From positions 89,755,497-89,819,496 of the forward strand of contig NC_057718.1 in NCBI RefSeq assembly GCF_004010195.1: a DNA stretch of 64,000 bases. Direction: 5' to 3'. The notes under the pieces were generated by a model. The model had not been told where the DNA came from, did not search any database, and saw only the letters and a list, made by a program, of their open reading frames with translations. This DNA is from Chiloscyllium plagiosum (lineage: Eukaryota). Within the stretch, counting starts at the first letter, position 1. The number at the start of each line of letters is the position of its first letter. The position numbers were made by a program, and so were the translations under genes. Positions 12,401 through 25,920 of this stretch are shown here, in pieces.

Positions 12401-13179
12401 TCTCATCCTTCCATTCAAATAGCGACATACCACAGTCTGTGCCCCTCATTATAGATCCATCAACGAGTCATGACCTTAATAGGTGATGGGACATGTGTTA
12501 GGGTTAAATGTTCATATGCTATGCCAGTGGTCCAATGGAAAAAAAGATCTGCCACTAGTTTAATTTTCCAAACCTCTCAGAATTTTAAACACTTCTGTTA
12601 ACTAGCTGCTAGCCTCTGCTTTAGTGAGCACAGCTATTGATATTTAGATCTCACACGAGCATTCGGAGTTACAACCAGGCACTGATATCCTAGCTGAACT
12701 AATGTCGTGCCTCTTCCATCTCTCTCCTATCTTCCCTATGGAAGGCCCCAAACTCTGCCAACTAGGATCTTCCCATGTCTGATACATCACTTAGATCTCC
12801 AGGGATCAAGAAAAATCCCTTGGGAATGCCAGGAGCTGTGCCAAAGTAAACAACAGCTGCATTTCCTCACACGCTCTGCTTTCTGTTTTTCCAACCATCT
12901 ACAAACCCATACTGCTGTTCCTGGGGAAGGTTTTCTCTGTCGGCTTCTGAACTCTGACATCAGGTTCAAATATGGGTCAGAGGCCTGCACTGTGTGTGAA
13001 ACAGTCACTCAATATTGACACAGGGTTGGGCTTTGGGGCGTCATTGTCGCCAGACTAGTCATCCAAAATACCGAGGTTATGTCCTGGGGACCTGTGTTCA
13101 AATCCCACCAGGGCAAATGGAATTCGAATTCAATAAAATCTGGAATCAATAATCTAACAAAATCAGTCTTCTGTCCCAC

Positions 13180-15480
13180 TGGTGGGACAAAGATGGCAGC
13201 ATGATGCTTTACAGTCAGGAAGGAGTTACCTGGGAGTCCTCAACAGCGACTTTGAACTCCAAGAAGTCTCATCGAATCTGGTTAAACACTAAACTAGGAA
13301 ACCTCCTGCTGATTACCATGTACCACATCCCCCTCAACTGATGGAGTGATGAATATCATTTGGAGGAGGCACTGAAGGTGGCAAGGGTGTGGAATATACT
13401 CTGGATGGGAGGCTTCCATGTCTATCACCAAGGAAGGCTTAGCAGTACCACTACTGACTGAGCAGGTCCTAAAGGATGTAGCTGCTAGAGTGGCTCTGAG
13501 GTAGGTGGTGAGGGAAGTGATGAGAGGCAAAAATGTAAGAGACCTCATCCCCACCAATCTGCTGGCCATAGGTGACTATATCGGTATCGGTCAGAGTTAA
13601 AACTGCATCGTCAAAATCCCATTTTCACATTGCGTTATCGCCGTGCTAAGTGGAAGAGACCTCAAATAGATCTAGTAACTCAAGACTAAGTGACCATGAG
13701 GCACCGTGAGCTATCAGCTGCAACAGAATCGTACTCCAGCACAATCTGCGACCTTGTGTTCCTTACTCTACCATTATCATCAAACCAGGAGTTTAACCTG
13801 GAGACAGCAGGACAACATGCCAGGAACAGAACTGGGCACGCCTGAAGATGAGGTGTCAATTAGTGGATATACAACAAAGGACTACTTGTGTGCTAACAGC
13901 ATAAACTAAGTGATAGACAGAGCTAAGCATTCCCAGAACCAACAAATTAGAGTTAAGTTCTGCAGTTCTGCCACCTCCAATTGTGAATGGTGGGAAAATC
14001 AAACTACTCACTGGGATAATATATATTATGGAAAACTGCCCAGATATGTACACGAAAAGCAGGACAAATCCAACCCAGCCATTTAATGCCCCATTAGTCC
14101 ACTCTCAATCATCAGTAAAGTGATGAAAGGTGTCATCAACAGTGCTATCAAGCAGCAATAATCTGCTCAGTGAGGCCCAGTTTGGGTTCCGCCAGGACCA
14201 CTCAGCTCCTGACCTCATTACAGCCTTGGTTCAAACAGGGACAAAAGAGTGGAATTCCTGAGGAGAGGTGAGAACGACAGCCCTCAACATCAAGGCTGCC
14301 TTTGACCAAGTGTGGCATCATGAAGCCCTGGAAAAACTGGATCGACGGGTATCAGAGGGCAAACTCTCCCCTGTTTGGAGTCATATCTGGCACATAGGAA
14401 GATGGTCGTGGTTGTTGGAGGTCAGTCATCTCAGCTCCAGTACACCTCTGCAGGAGCTCCTGGAGGTCTATAATGTCAAGTTTACTTGCTCAGAAATGTT
14501 ACTACACACCTCTGGAACAGGTAGAGGTTGAACCTGGGCCTCAGGGCAGTGCCCAGGGCACAACTATCTTCAGCTGCTCTATCAATGACCTTTCTCCATC
14601 ATAACATCCAAATTAGAGATGTTTGCTGATGATTGCACAATGTTCAACATCATTCACAATTCCTCAGATACTGACGCAGTTCCATGCCCAAATATAATAA
14701 GACTCGGATAAGATCCAGATTTGGGCTGACAGTGGCAAGCATTATTAATGCCATGCAAGTGCCACGCAATGACTATCTCCAGCAAGAGAATCTAATCATT
14801 GCATCTTGATATTCAATGGTGTTACTTTCACTGAATCCCCCACCATCAACATCCAGGGGGTCACCCACTGACCAGAAACCGAACTGGACTCACCATCTAA
14901 AATAAATGGCAAGCACAGCAGGTCAGAGGCTAGGAATCCTGTAGCGAGTAACTCACCTCCTGACTCCCTGGAGCTTGTTCACCACCGACAAGGCACAAGT
15001 CAGGAGTGTGATGGAATACCCCCTGGATCAGGGTAGCCTCAGCAACATTCAGGCAGTTGATACTATCCAGGGCAAAGTAGCCCGCTTGACTGGCACCACA
15101 TCCACAAGCACCCACTCCCTCTACTTCTGACATGAAATTGCATCAATGCATACAAGATGTACTGCAGAAAATCACCAAAGACCCTTAGACAGCACATTCT
15201 AAACCCATTATCACTTACATCTAGAAGGACAAGAGCAGCAGATACATCTGAACACCACCCCCTAGAAGTTCCCCTCCAAGTCGCTCACCATCCTGACTTG
15301 AAAATATACCGTTGTTCATTCCATGTCACTGGGTCAAGATCTTGGAAATCCTTCCATAACAGCATTGTAAGGCAATATACACAACATGGACAGCAGTGGT
15401 ACAGGAAGCAGATCACCAACAGCTGCTCAAGGGCAACTAGGGTTGGGCAATAAATGCTGGTCAGCCAGGGATACCCACAT
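13180..15480 (+). mobile_element. Degraded non-LTR retrotransposon (CR1/L2 group): APE and RT remnants
   Basis: Remnant motifs TALNIKAAFDQVWH, MFADD, and a 3' tail ending gggcaataaatgctgg; many stops and frameshifts. Confidence 0.8.
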
Positions 15481-16855
15481 CTAACGACTGCATTGGCCTA
15501 TCATTGATCAGAGGTCAGGCTCACCATTTAATAAAGGTTGATAGGTGGGGCTGTCGAAGCTAAATGGCCAATTAGAGATTTCTGCCTCAAAAGGAGGCAC
15601 AGACTGTGATCATAGGTAAATAAGAGGGGGGTGGTTCCAAAATGGAGGTATCCCATCTCCAACGTTTTTCAACCTCAATTGAAAAACAGTTTTTGCAGAC
15701 AGACCATGAGGGGTGGGGGTGGGGGTTTGAGGGAGTATTTAGGAAGGGGTTAGAGAGAAGACCCCTCTTCAGCGTGAATGGCAACTGTTGCTGGGCGCGG
15801 GTCAGGAGTCCCCTTCGAACAATTAACCCAGCCACAGAAGCCTGTGGATACCTGGTGGGTGACTGGTCAATCCCCATCGGCTCTTGGTGGGCCTTAGGTG
15901 ACCGTTAGCGACCTTTTGGTGACCCATTGGTGACCCATTGCCACGTCCACCCCCTCCTCCCCACCCACTGCTTGCCACCCATACCCCACCTCTGCCAAAC
16001 CAATATGGAAGTGGGATGGTTCCAGGGAATGTTTCCTGACCCCCAACTCCCCACCCCACGTCAAGCGCAGGCCCAGGGAGGCCAAGAAACCGGGCAATTT
16101 ATAAATATTTATTAATAATGTCATTATTATTCGATGATCATTAATGAAATTGTTTTGAACAGCATATGCATCAAGCCATTAGGGTCAGCGTGGTGGCTCA
16201 GTGGTTAGCTCACTGCTACCTCACAGCACCAGGTACCAGGGTTCAATTCCACTCTCAGGTGACTGTCCATGTGGCGTTTGCACATTCTCTATGTGTATTT
16301 AATTTCGTCTTAAAAATGTACACCCTTTTGAGCTTCCTGTGGTGGCATGTTGCACATTCTCTCACTGTTTTGGTAAAGACGTTTTATCCTGAATTCTCTA
16401 TTGGCTTTCTCGTTGGCTGCCTCAACCGATGGCCTGCAATGAGAAGAGATCTCTACCTGGGATGCATGCTATCGAAATCTTTCATTAGTTCCAAAGAAAC
16501 CTCTACAGAATAGGTAAGCTGAGCTGATCCTGCAGGAAGCCAATATGAACAGGGTGGGCTCTATGGCCTCCCTCTGTGCTCTACCTACTCTGTGATGCTA
16601 CAAATCACCCCTCAGCTCTCGTTTTGCAAGAGAAAATAGGGTAAGCAGAGTGTCTGTCACTTGATTATTAATCTCCGCTTGAATCTCAGACTGCTCAATC
16701 TCCCGGGGTGGTGATCAATCAACCTTACTTCCCATTATTACTTTGGACACTTCAATAGGCCGAATGTCTACATTTGTCATTCCTCTTTAACTCCTCCTCT
16801 GGTGCCCCTCCTTTCAATGCAGAGATGAGGACTTTTTAATAATCTCCATCTCCAT

Positions 16856-17580
16856 AGAGTCATAGTCATAGAGATGTACAGCATGGAAACAGACCCTGCA
16901 GTCCAAATCATCCATGCCGACTAGATATCCCAACCCAATCTAGTCCCACCTGCCAGCACCTGGCCCACATCCCTCCAAACCCTTCCTATTCATATACCCA
17001 TCCAAATGCCTTTTAAGTGCTGTAATTGTACCAGCCTCCACTACTTCCTCTGGCAGCTCATTCCATACACACACCACCCTCTGCGTGAAAAAGTTGCCCC
17101 TTAGGTCTCTTTCATATACTTTCCCTCTCACCCTAAACCTATGCCCTCTAGTTCTGGATTCCCTCAGCTCAGGGAATAGACTTTGTCTATTTATCATATC
17201 TATACCCCTCATGATTTTATAAACCTCTATAAGGTCACCCCTCAGCCTTCGAAAATTCAGAGTAAACAGCCCCAGCCTGTTCAATGTCTCCCTGTAGCTC
17301 AAATCCTCCAACCCTGGCAACATCCTTGTCAATCTTTTCTGAACCCTTTCAAGTTTCACAACATCTTTCCGATAGGAAGGAGACCAGAACTGCATGCAAT
17401 ATTCCAACAGTGGCCTAACCAATGTCCTGTACAGCCGCAACATAACTTCCTGACTCCTATTCTCAATACTCTGACCAATAAAGGAAAGCATACCAAATGC
17501 CTTTTTCACGATCCTATCTACCTGCAAATCTACTTTCAAGGAGCAATGAATCTGCACTCCAAGGTCTCTCTCAGCAACAC
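16856..17580 (-). mobile_element. CR1 LINE 3' fragment, young (open ORF2 C-terminus)
   Basis: ORF 16940-17689 with LVRPLLEYCMQFWSP...FFTQRVVCVWNELP; (catagt)-type tail. Confidence 0.93.
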
Positions 17581-17861
17581 TCGCTCTCCCCCTCTCTCTC
17601 TCTTTGTCTCTCAGAATACAGCCTGGTGACAGGCACTGGCCACAGTGCAGGCTAGGTCCATCCTCAACACTGGGCGAACAGATGGCCACAATCTGGGCAC
17701 ATTACACAAATCGGAAAGATCACGTGGTTTCATAGAGCCAAGTTCCAACTGGCAAGAGTTCCTCTGAGGGAACTGTCAGTTAGTTGAGAATGGATTGTCT
17801 GTGGCTCAGGAAAACCTCTCACCAAAGAGCTCAGAATGAGGCAGCCACCAAGAAAGATGGG

Positions 17862-18190
17862 AGGTGATGGCCTAGTGGTGTTATCGCTGCACTGTTGATC
17901 CAGGTAGTGCTTTGGGGACATGAGTTCAAATCCTGCTTTGGAGGATTCAATAAAAATGCGGAATTAACAGTCTGATTAAGAGATGACCATGAATTCTCTG
18001 TTGGGAAAAACCCTTCTGGCTCACTAATATCCTTTCGGGAAGACCTAACCTGGTCTGGCCTACATGTGACTCCAGACCCACAGCAACGTGATTGACTCCT
18101 AACTGCCCTGTGGGCAATTAGGGAAGGGCAATAAATGCCGTTCTAGCCAGTGACACCCTCAGCCTGTGAATGAAAAATGCATTAAAAAAA
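17862..18190 (+). mobile_element. tRNA-derived SINE (second family)
   Basis: Same head, body and tail as 7585-7907. Confidence 0.7.
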
Positions 18191-19904
18191 CCTGATAGGG
18201 AATTCAGGATTAAACATCTTTACCCAAAGAGAGATTGTGGACCATGCCACCAGGCTGAAGCACAAAAATTTGAGTTATTTTAAGGGGGAGATTAGATATG
18301 CATATAAGAGAAAAGGAAATAGAGGGTTATGATAATAAATCTACTCATCTCAAAAGAAGAAGGAACAAGCAACTGACAAAATGGATATTGAGTAATGATT
18401 GAATCATAGCAGCACTTTTGCAAACATCAACTGTTTTTATCTTCAGAATTCAAGAATGTGAATTAACAAGCTGTAGAGAGTGGGGATTTGTGTTCAAATA
18501 AACTTTAACTGAACGGGACTGGGCAGTGATCACAAGCACTGGTAATCTCTGAACCTCTGCACTACAGGAAAGGTGGAGTCAGGGGATCGATTTAAGCTCG
18601 CACTCATTTTTCATTGACAGAGGCAGGAAGTAATGTAAAAGATCATCCCCCATCACTGTGAGATTTATATCCAAATCATCCTCTGCTCTGAGATGGGAGG
18701 GGTCAGAGAGTTAACATTCCCAACTGTGGTAGCGCAAAGCAAATCTTCTGGGGGTGGCACAGTGGCTAGGGACCTGGGTTCTTTTTCCAACCTCAGGTGA
18801 TTGTCTGTGACGTGTTCGCACATTCTCTCCTTTGGGTGCCCCGCTTTCATCCCACAGTCCAAAGATGTGCTAGCTAGATGAATTACTTATGGGAAATACA
18901 GGGTTACAGGGATATGGTGGGATACTCTTCAGAGGGTCAGTGTGGAATTGATGGGCCAAATGGACTGCTGCTGCACTGTAGGGTTGGTTCTGCTATCAAC
19001 CAAACCAGGCAGCTCAAGAGGGAATATGCTATGAGCCATGATGCCATTCCTGCCCAGGCTGGGTTGGGCTCCAGGGCTGCAGGGAGGGAGGTAAGAAAAT
19101 TATCCAGTATTTGCAAATGAGGATCAGCGACATTCAGTGAAAAATGGAAGCTGGCTGAAGGTAAACAAGTGGAGCTCAATGACGATGCCCCTTGTTGTCA
19201 AATAGTCTGCACTCAGTGTCCTTGCACCCCTCTCCCTGAAGGTTGGCATTGTGGCTGCAATTCTGTCAGTGTATTATTGCCTCAGCAGGAGCCCTGGTCT
19301 TTAACAGGAGACAGGCGATAACGGAATGAGGAGGTGAAGAGAAGGGAGTGTAAGATATGGTGTAATTACAAAGCTTCCCCTTTTAGATTGTCTGGTAAAG
19401 CAGAGCAAGGTCTGAATTATACACGCCCGCCCTCAGAGTGTGACACTTCTTTCCAGTGTCATTAACACGAAGGAGGACAGAAGCTTAATTATAGTCTGGA
19501 AGAATTAAGAATTAATGGTGTGCAGCATCAAATATTGATCGGTTAAAACGAAAATTAAGCATAGTAGCATCTGGATCCTTTATAATGGCAAGCTGACACG
19601 ACAGACAGAATGGCGGCTAAGCCTAGACATTCCTTGGTTCAAACACTGGTTTTGGTTGAGGCAAAGGGCTTCAGCAGAAACAACAGTGAGACTGCATGTA
19701 GTGCTCGGTTAAGGAAATTGGCTGCTCCTATGGTCTGCACATGACACATGTGCTGAATGCATGTGTGCGCTGATGCATGCATATGTACACACCGGGTCTG
19801 TATGTTGGCCAGGTGTAAGGGTGCTGTGTGCAAGTGTGTGTATTGGATATTTGGGTGTCTCTGCTAGCAGTGTGTTGGTATGAGTGTGCACTGAGCATGA
19901 CCAT

Positions 19905-20105
19905 GGCTTGGATGTGAGTATACGTGCCTCGTATGTGTCAGGTGTATGTATATGTGCATTGTATGTGTCAGGTGTGAGTGTCTGTATATTGTATGTGTCA
20001 GGTGTGAGTATATGTGCATTGTATGTGTCAGGTGTATGTATATGTGCATTGTAAGTGTCAAGTGTGAGTGTGTTCGGGGTGTGTGTGTGTGTTGGGTGTG
20101 AGTGT
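19905..20105. repeat. 30-bp minisatellite grading into (GT)n
   Basis: About 5 copies of gtatgtgtcaggtgt(a/g)(t/a)gtatatgtgcatt. Confidence 0.8.
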
Positions 20106-20264
20106 TTAATTCTCTACAGGTATTGGGCAATAACCTTCACTTGTGTTTGACTGAAACTGCAGTTGTGAGTTGAGGGGGTGCATGTGGGTGATGCACAACT
20201 CCACAAATAAAACCGTGCAAGCATGTTGGGCCAGTGTCTGACTTCCGATCTGAAGATTGTGGGA

Positions 20265-20557
20265 TGGGTGGCACGGTGCCTCAGTGGTTAACACTGCTGC
20301 CTCACAGCACCAGGGTCCCAGGTTCAATTCCAGCCTCGGGCGACTCTCTGTGTGCAGTTTGCACATTCTCCCCGTATCTGAGTGGGTTTTCTCCGGGTGC
20401 TCTGGCTTCCTCCCACAGTCCAAAGATGTGCAGGTTGGGTGAATTGGCCATGCTAAATTGCCCATAGTGCTAGGTGCATTAGTCTGAGGGAAATGGGTCA
20501 GTGGAGACTGGTTGGGCCGATGGGTCTGTTTCCGCACTGTAGGAAATCTAATCTAAT
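20265..20557 (+). mobile_element. HE1-type V-SINE
   Basis: Full head, V-domain and (aatct)n tail. Confidence 0.88.
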
Positions 20558-21447
20558 TGGTTCCTGTTGCATCCTTTACTACCTGGCTTTCTAGATTATA
20601 GCCCTAAATCAGTGCAAAACTAATCCCCATTGTTGTGCATTCTTCCAGCCTGCCACAACCCTGTACCCAGCTCACTACTCTTCGCTGTTAGACATGCCTT
20701 GCTCTGCGTTATTTTAGTTTCTCAGAAGTCCTGATGAAAGCTCATTGAACTGAAACGTTAACTGTTTTCTCTCTCTCTCTGCACATTGGCTACCAGATCT
20801 GCTAGTTATTGCCAGCGCTTTCTGCTTTCATTTCAGGTGTCCAGCTTTTGTGTGCACTCAGAACTGGGTCCCTTGGAAACGGCAGTAAACACTTTTAGAA
20901 AAAAAAGACGCCCTTTCAAACGCAATCGAGGTTTCAGAGTCCAGCTATTCTCTGGCATCCTTAACAACCAGTGTTGAAGGTGAGGCGTCAATATCTCCCG
21001 TCCAACTGTGTACCGCGTGTCCTTGACTCCTAACACTGCAGCAACGTTTCTGAAGATCAGTGCTAACAAGGCATGTTTATGATCAGAAACTCAAACCTGT
21101 AGCTTTCAGCTAACGCTCCACAAAGCTCAGAACTCACGGCAAATCCGAAGCACAAACCTTTATTTACTCTCGATTTGCAGTCTCCACCATCACGATTCAG
21201 TAAAGTACCAAAGGCAACCGCAGTCACGCCAACGTTGCAAATTCTCAGCTACAAGTTGCCTGCACCGTGCAAATAAAACGCAACTTATAAGCACGAACAT
21301 GCTGCAGTCATGAGAAGATGGTGTGACAGACAGCCATCCTGCCCCTCGGGGCTTGCAAACTGTGGGACGCTGCAGATGCCCATGGCTGCGACAAACAAAT
21401 ACTTTTCTTTTGTAAGTAAAAAAGGCAGCGAGATTTGCAAAGCCTAC

Positions 21448-21514
21448 CTTGCAATTTCTGCATCACGTTGGCGATATCTAGGGGGGATCTCCCATACTGT
21501 CTCCCTGTCGCCAT
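21448..21514 (-). CDS. SYNE1: First coding exon of a nesprin-1 (SYNE1)-like gene; paralogue identity uncertain
   Basis: Encodes MATGRQYGRSPLDIANVMQKLQ plus one G, then the donor AG|GTAGGC. It matches the human SYNE1 N-terminus as I recall it (MATSRGASRCPRDIANVMQRLQD, about 15/22 identical), including the phase-1 intron after nt 67. Strong Kozak context (CAGGATGG). Confidence 0.85.
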
Positions 21515-21679
21515 CCTGAGACTGTGTGTGTGTTGTTTGAGCTCAGCTCAGAGCAGCAGTGTTGAAGCTGAGTCACTCACTGCTGTCTGACACCCAATGA
21601 GAGCCCTGCTCCCTGCAACACTCAGGGAGCTTGAGCTTCCTTTCTGCAGGAGGCTCGCTTTCCAAATGACCCCGGCTCT
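21515..21679 (-). other. 5' UTR part of the same nesprin exon (whole exon about 21448-21679)
   Basis: The minus strand reads TTAATACTTGGCGTTTCCTTCCAG|AGAGCC at 21680/21679: a branch-like TTAAT, a pyrimidine tract and an AG acceptor. This implies upstream non-coding exon(s). Confidence 0.55.
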
Positions 21680-21929
21680 CTGGAAGGAAACGCCAAGTAT
21701 TAACGTAAATCCTTGCCTTCTTTAAGAGGGTGAAATCCACATTGGCCGATTATCGACTCTGACAGATCAGTAGCAAGGACATCCCCTCCCTCCTCTTACA
21801 CACACACACACTGCACTGATTAAGGCAGTACCAGGTATCAGATCCCAGGTGCAGTGGGGAAATACCACTGCAGTTTTCCTGCTGAGGTTAATCGGGGGTC
21901 CGTTCAGTTATCGAACCCTCCTGGTGCCT

Positions 21930-22420
21930 TCATGCATGTCAATATAGTCTTGTATATGTAAGGGATGCCTTTGGTTTTAATGTATAGAGTCAAACTCCAG
22001 TGTTTATATATTTCCTTCATATGCTATGGGGCAGAAGCGAAATGCATTCGTGACAAATATATGTATACAAAGATTTTTTATGAATAAAGTGTATTTTTGA
22101 AATAACAAAGGTGTCAGATCTCTGAGCCAGGAGTAGTTTGGTTCAAGTAAGAGATGCTTTTGGTTTGTTTGGATAGAGTCAAACTCCAGTGTTTGTTTGT
22201 TATCACAGAATCCCTCCAGTGTGGAAGCATGCCCTTCGGCCCATCGAGTCTACACCATCCCTTGGAAGAGCATTCAACCTCCCTCCATCCTATCCCTGTA
22301 ACCCTGCATTTCCCATGGCTAACAGTCACATGCTATGCTGTAGTACAGAAAGGAACTGCGTTTGTGACTATATATGTATAAAGATATTTTTTAATGAATA
22401 TGTTTTGAAATTTTAAAAAA
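21930..22420 (+). mobile_element. Two tandem 3' ends of a probable Tx1-type LINE, the second interrupted by an HE1 fragment
   Basis: atagagtcaaactccagtgttt repeated near 21985 and 22175; both end in AT-rich ...atgaata...ttttgaaa tails. Confidence 0.5.
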
Positions 22421-22424
22421 AGTA

Positions 22425-23715
22425 CCAAAAATAGATGGCGACATCTTGCAAAATGTCCAGATTGCAGAGGAGGAAGTGCTGGATGTCTTGAAACGGTTAA
22501 AGGTGGATAAATCCCCAGAACCTGATCAGATGTACCCGAAAACTCTGTGGGAAGCTAGAGAAGTGATTGCTGGGCCTCTTGCTGAGATATTTGTATCATC
22601 GATAGTCACAGGTGAGGTGCCGGAAGACTGGAGGTTGGCAAACGTGGTGCCACTGTTTAAGAAGGGCGGTAAAGGCAAGCCAGGGAACTATGGAGCGGTG
22701 AGCCTGACCTCAGTGGTAGGCAAGTTGTTGGAGGGAATCCTGAGGGACAGGATGTACACATATTTGGAAAGGCAAGGACTGATTAGGGATAGTCAACATG
22801 GCTTTGTGTGTGGGAAATCATGTCTCACAAACTTGATTGAGTTTTTTGAAGAAGTAACAAAGAGGATTGATGAGGGCAGAGCAGTAGATGTGATCTATAT
22901 GGACTTCAGTAAGGCGTTCGACAAAGTTACCCATGGGGGAACTGATTAGCAAGATTAGGTCTCACGGAATACAGGGAGAACTAGCCATTTGGATACAGAA
23001 CTGGCTCATAGGTGGAAGACAGAGGGTGGTGGTGGAGGGTTGTTTTCAGACTGGAGGCCTGTGACCAGTGGAGTGCCACAAGGATCGGTGCTGAGTCCTC
23101 TACTTTTTGTCATTTACATAAGTGATTTGGATGAGAGCATNNNNNNNNNNNNNNNNNNNNNNNNNNNNNNNNNNNNNNNNNNNNNNNNNNNNNNNNNNNN
23201 NNNNNNNNNNNNNNNNNNNNNNNNNNNNNNNNNNNNNNNNNNNNNNNNNNNNNNNNNNNNNNNNNNNNNNNNNNNNNNNNNNNNNNNNNNNNNNNNNNNN
23301 NNNNNNNNNNNNNNNNNNNNNNNNNNNNNNNNNNNNNNNNNNNNNNNNNNNNNNNNNNNNNNNNNNNNNNNNNNNNNNNNNNNNNNNNNNNNNNNNNNNN
23401 NNNNNNNNNNNNNNNNNNNNNNNNNNNNNNNNNNNNNNNNNNNNNNNNNNNNNNNNNNNGTTCAGAAAAGATTTACAAGGATGTTGCCAGGGTTGGAGGA
23501 TCTGAGCTACAGGGAGAGGCTGAACAGGCTGGGGCTGTTTTCCCTGGAGCATCGGAGGCTGAGGGGTGACCTTATAGAGGTTTACAAAATTATGAGGGGC
23601 ATGGATAGGATAAATAGACAAAGTCTTTTCCATGGGGTGGGGGAGTCCAGAATAGGAAGGGTTTGGAGGGATATCTGTTTCCGTGCTGTACATCTTTATG
23701 ACTCTATGACTCTAT
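22425..23715 (+). mobile_element. CR1 LINE ORF2 (RT) spanning an N-gap
   Basis: VPEDWRLANVVPLFKKG, QHGF, YMDFSKAFDKV and SGVPQGSVL motifs. Confidence 0.93.
23141..23459. other. Assembly gap (N run)
   Basis: Run of N. Confidence 1.
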
Positions 23716-24039
23716 CTCTGACCTAGGAGCCCCGGGTTCAAATCCTTACCTGCTCCTGAGGTGTTTGTTCAAAATAACAATGTCACCTGCTTCCTCCAAC
23801 TGAGCTGGTGGCTAAGGGGTCATAAGCTGGCTTGTAATCTGTGACTGATGCCAAAGGTGTAGATTCTGTTCCCACACTGACTGAGGTTACCATGGTTTCC
23901 CTCACCTGAAGTATGGTGACGCTCAGGTTAAACTGTCATTGGTCATATCTCTCTAATGTGCTTTTTCATCCAGTCGCTAGCTCTATTTCTCTTCTCGCAT
24001 CTTGTGGAGAGAAAGATAAACCCAGCTTTTTTCCCTATT

Positions 24040-25350
24040 GTCATAGAGTCATAGAGATGTACAGCACAGAAACAGACCCTTCGGTCCAACTTGTCCACGC
24101 CAACCAGATACATAAATTAATTTAGTCCCATTTGCCAGCATTTTGCCCATATCCCTTTAAACCCTTCTTACTCATATACCCATCCAGATGCATTTTTAAA
24201 TGCTGTATTTGTATCAGCTTCCATCACTTCCTCTGGCAGCCCATTCCACACATGCACCACCCTCTGCATGAAAAAGTTGCCCCTTCGGTCTCTTTTATAT
24301 ACTTTCCCCTCTCACCCTAAACCTATGCCCTCTAGTTCTGGACTCCCCCACCCAAAGGAGAAGACCTTGTCTCTTTATCCTATCCATACCCCTCATGATT
24401 TTATAAACCTCTATAAAGTCACCCCTCAACCTCCAACGCTCCAGGGAAACAGCCCCAGCCTATTCAGCCTCTCAAATCCTCCAACCCTGGCAACATCCTT
24501 GTAAATCTTTTCAAGTTTCACAATATCCTTCTGATAGGAAGGAGACCAGAATTCCACACAATATTCCAAAAGATAGGATAGTGAGGAAGGCATTTGGTAT
24601 GCATTCCTTTATTGATCAAAGCATTGAGTACAGGAATTATGAGGTCATGTTGCAGCTGTACAGGACATTGGTTAGGCTACTTTTGGAATATTGTGTGCAA
24701 TTCTGGTCTTCTTCCTATCGGAAGAATGTTGTCAAACTTGAAAGGGTTCAGAAAAGATTTACAAGGATGTTGCCAGGGTTGGAGGATCTGAGCTATAGGG
24801 AGAGTCTGAATAGGGTGAGGCTGGTTTCCCTGGAGTGTCGGAGGCTAAGGGGTGACCTTATAGAAGTTTATAAAATCATAAGGGGCATGGATATCATAAA
24901 TAGACAAAGTATATTCCCTGGGGTCGGAGCGTCCAGAACTAGAGGGCATAGGTTTAGGGTGAGAGGGGAAAGATATAAAAGAGACCTAAGGGACAACTTG
25001 TTCACGCAGAGGGTGGTACATGTATGGAATGAGCTGCCAGAGGAAATGGTGGAGGCTGGTACAATTGCAACATTTAAGAGGCATTTGGATGGGTATATGA
25101 ATAGGAAGGGTTTAGAGGGATATGGCTGGGTGTGGCAGGTAGGATTAGATTGAGTTGGGATATCTGGTCGACATGAACGAATTGGACTGAAGGGTCTGTT
25201 TCAGTGCTGTACATCTCTACGACTGTATAAGTGGCCTAACCGATGTCCTGCACAGCTGCAACATGACCACCAAACTCCTGCGCTCAAGGTTCAGATCAAT
25301 AAAGGAAAGCATACCAAACGCCTTCTTCATTATCCTATCTACCTGCAACT
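24040..25350 (-). mobile_element. CR1 3' fragment split by an antiparallel CR1 insertion
   Basis: The minus copy breaks at ...atattccaaaa (about 24571) and resumes at agtggcctaacc (about 25230). Confidence 0.8.
24572..25228 (+). mobile_element. CR1 3' fragment (nested)
   Basis: ORF 24581-25153 is the CR1 ORF2 C-terminus. Confidence 0.9.
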
Positions 25351-25607
25351 CTATTTGCTCAATTGGCACATTGGGAGCAAAATGATAATGGCAGCAGGTC
25401 AGATTTAGATAAAGATTTGTGTCAGGTCCCAAAGACCATGCACTTTCAGGATCACAGCCCCACTAGACCTTTCCTGAACACCAACAACAACATACATTTA
25501 TATAGTTTCTAATGTAATAAACCCATTTTAAGGCATTTCACAATTGCTATTCACCAAACCTTTGACACCAAGCCCACATTGAGACAAATTAGGTCAGGTG
25601 GTTCAGT

Positions 25608-25920
25608 GGGGCGACACAGTGGCTCAACGGTTAGCACTGCTGCCTCACAGCGCCAGTGACCCGAGTTTGATTCCCGAGTTTGCACGTTCTCCCCGTGTTT
25701 GTGTGGGTTTTCTACGGGTGCTCTGGTTTCTTCCCACCGACCAAAGATGTGCAGGTCAGGTGAATTGGCCACGCTAACATTGCCCATAGTGTTCAGGGAT
25801 GTCTAGGTTAGGTCCATTAATCAAGGGCAAATAGAGGGTAGGGAGAATGGGTCTGGGTGGGTTACTCTTTGGAGGGTCAGTGTGCGCTTGTTAGGCTGAT
25901 GGGCCTATAAGGGACTCTAT
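25608..25920 (+). mobile_element. HE1-type V-SINE
   Basis: Head, V-domain and tail. Confidence 0.8.

Noticed and set aside
12865..12960. Possible alternative first exon MSEFRSRQRKPSPG...AER|gtgagg
   Set aside because: No recognisable homology, and the better donor is phase 0, incompatible with the expected phase-1 nesprin junction.
21308..21447. Remainder of ORF 21308-21514
   Set aside because: Intronic read-through past the GT donor at 21447.
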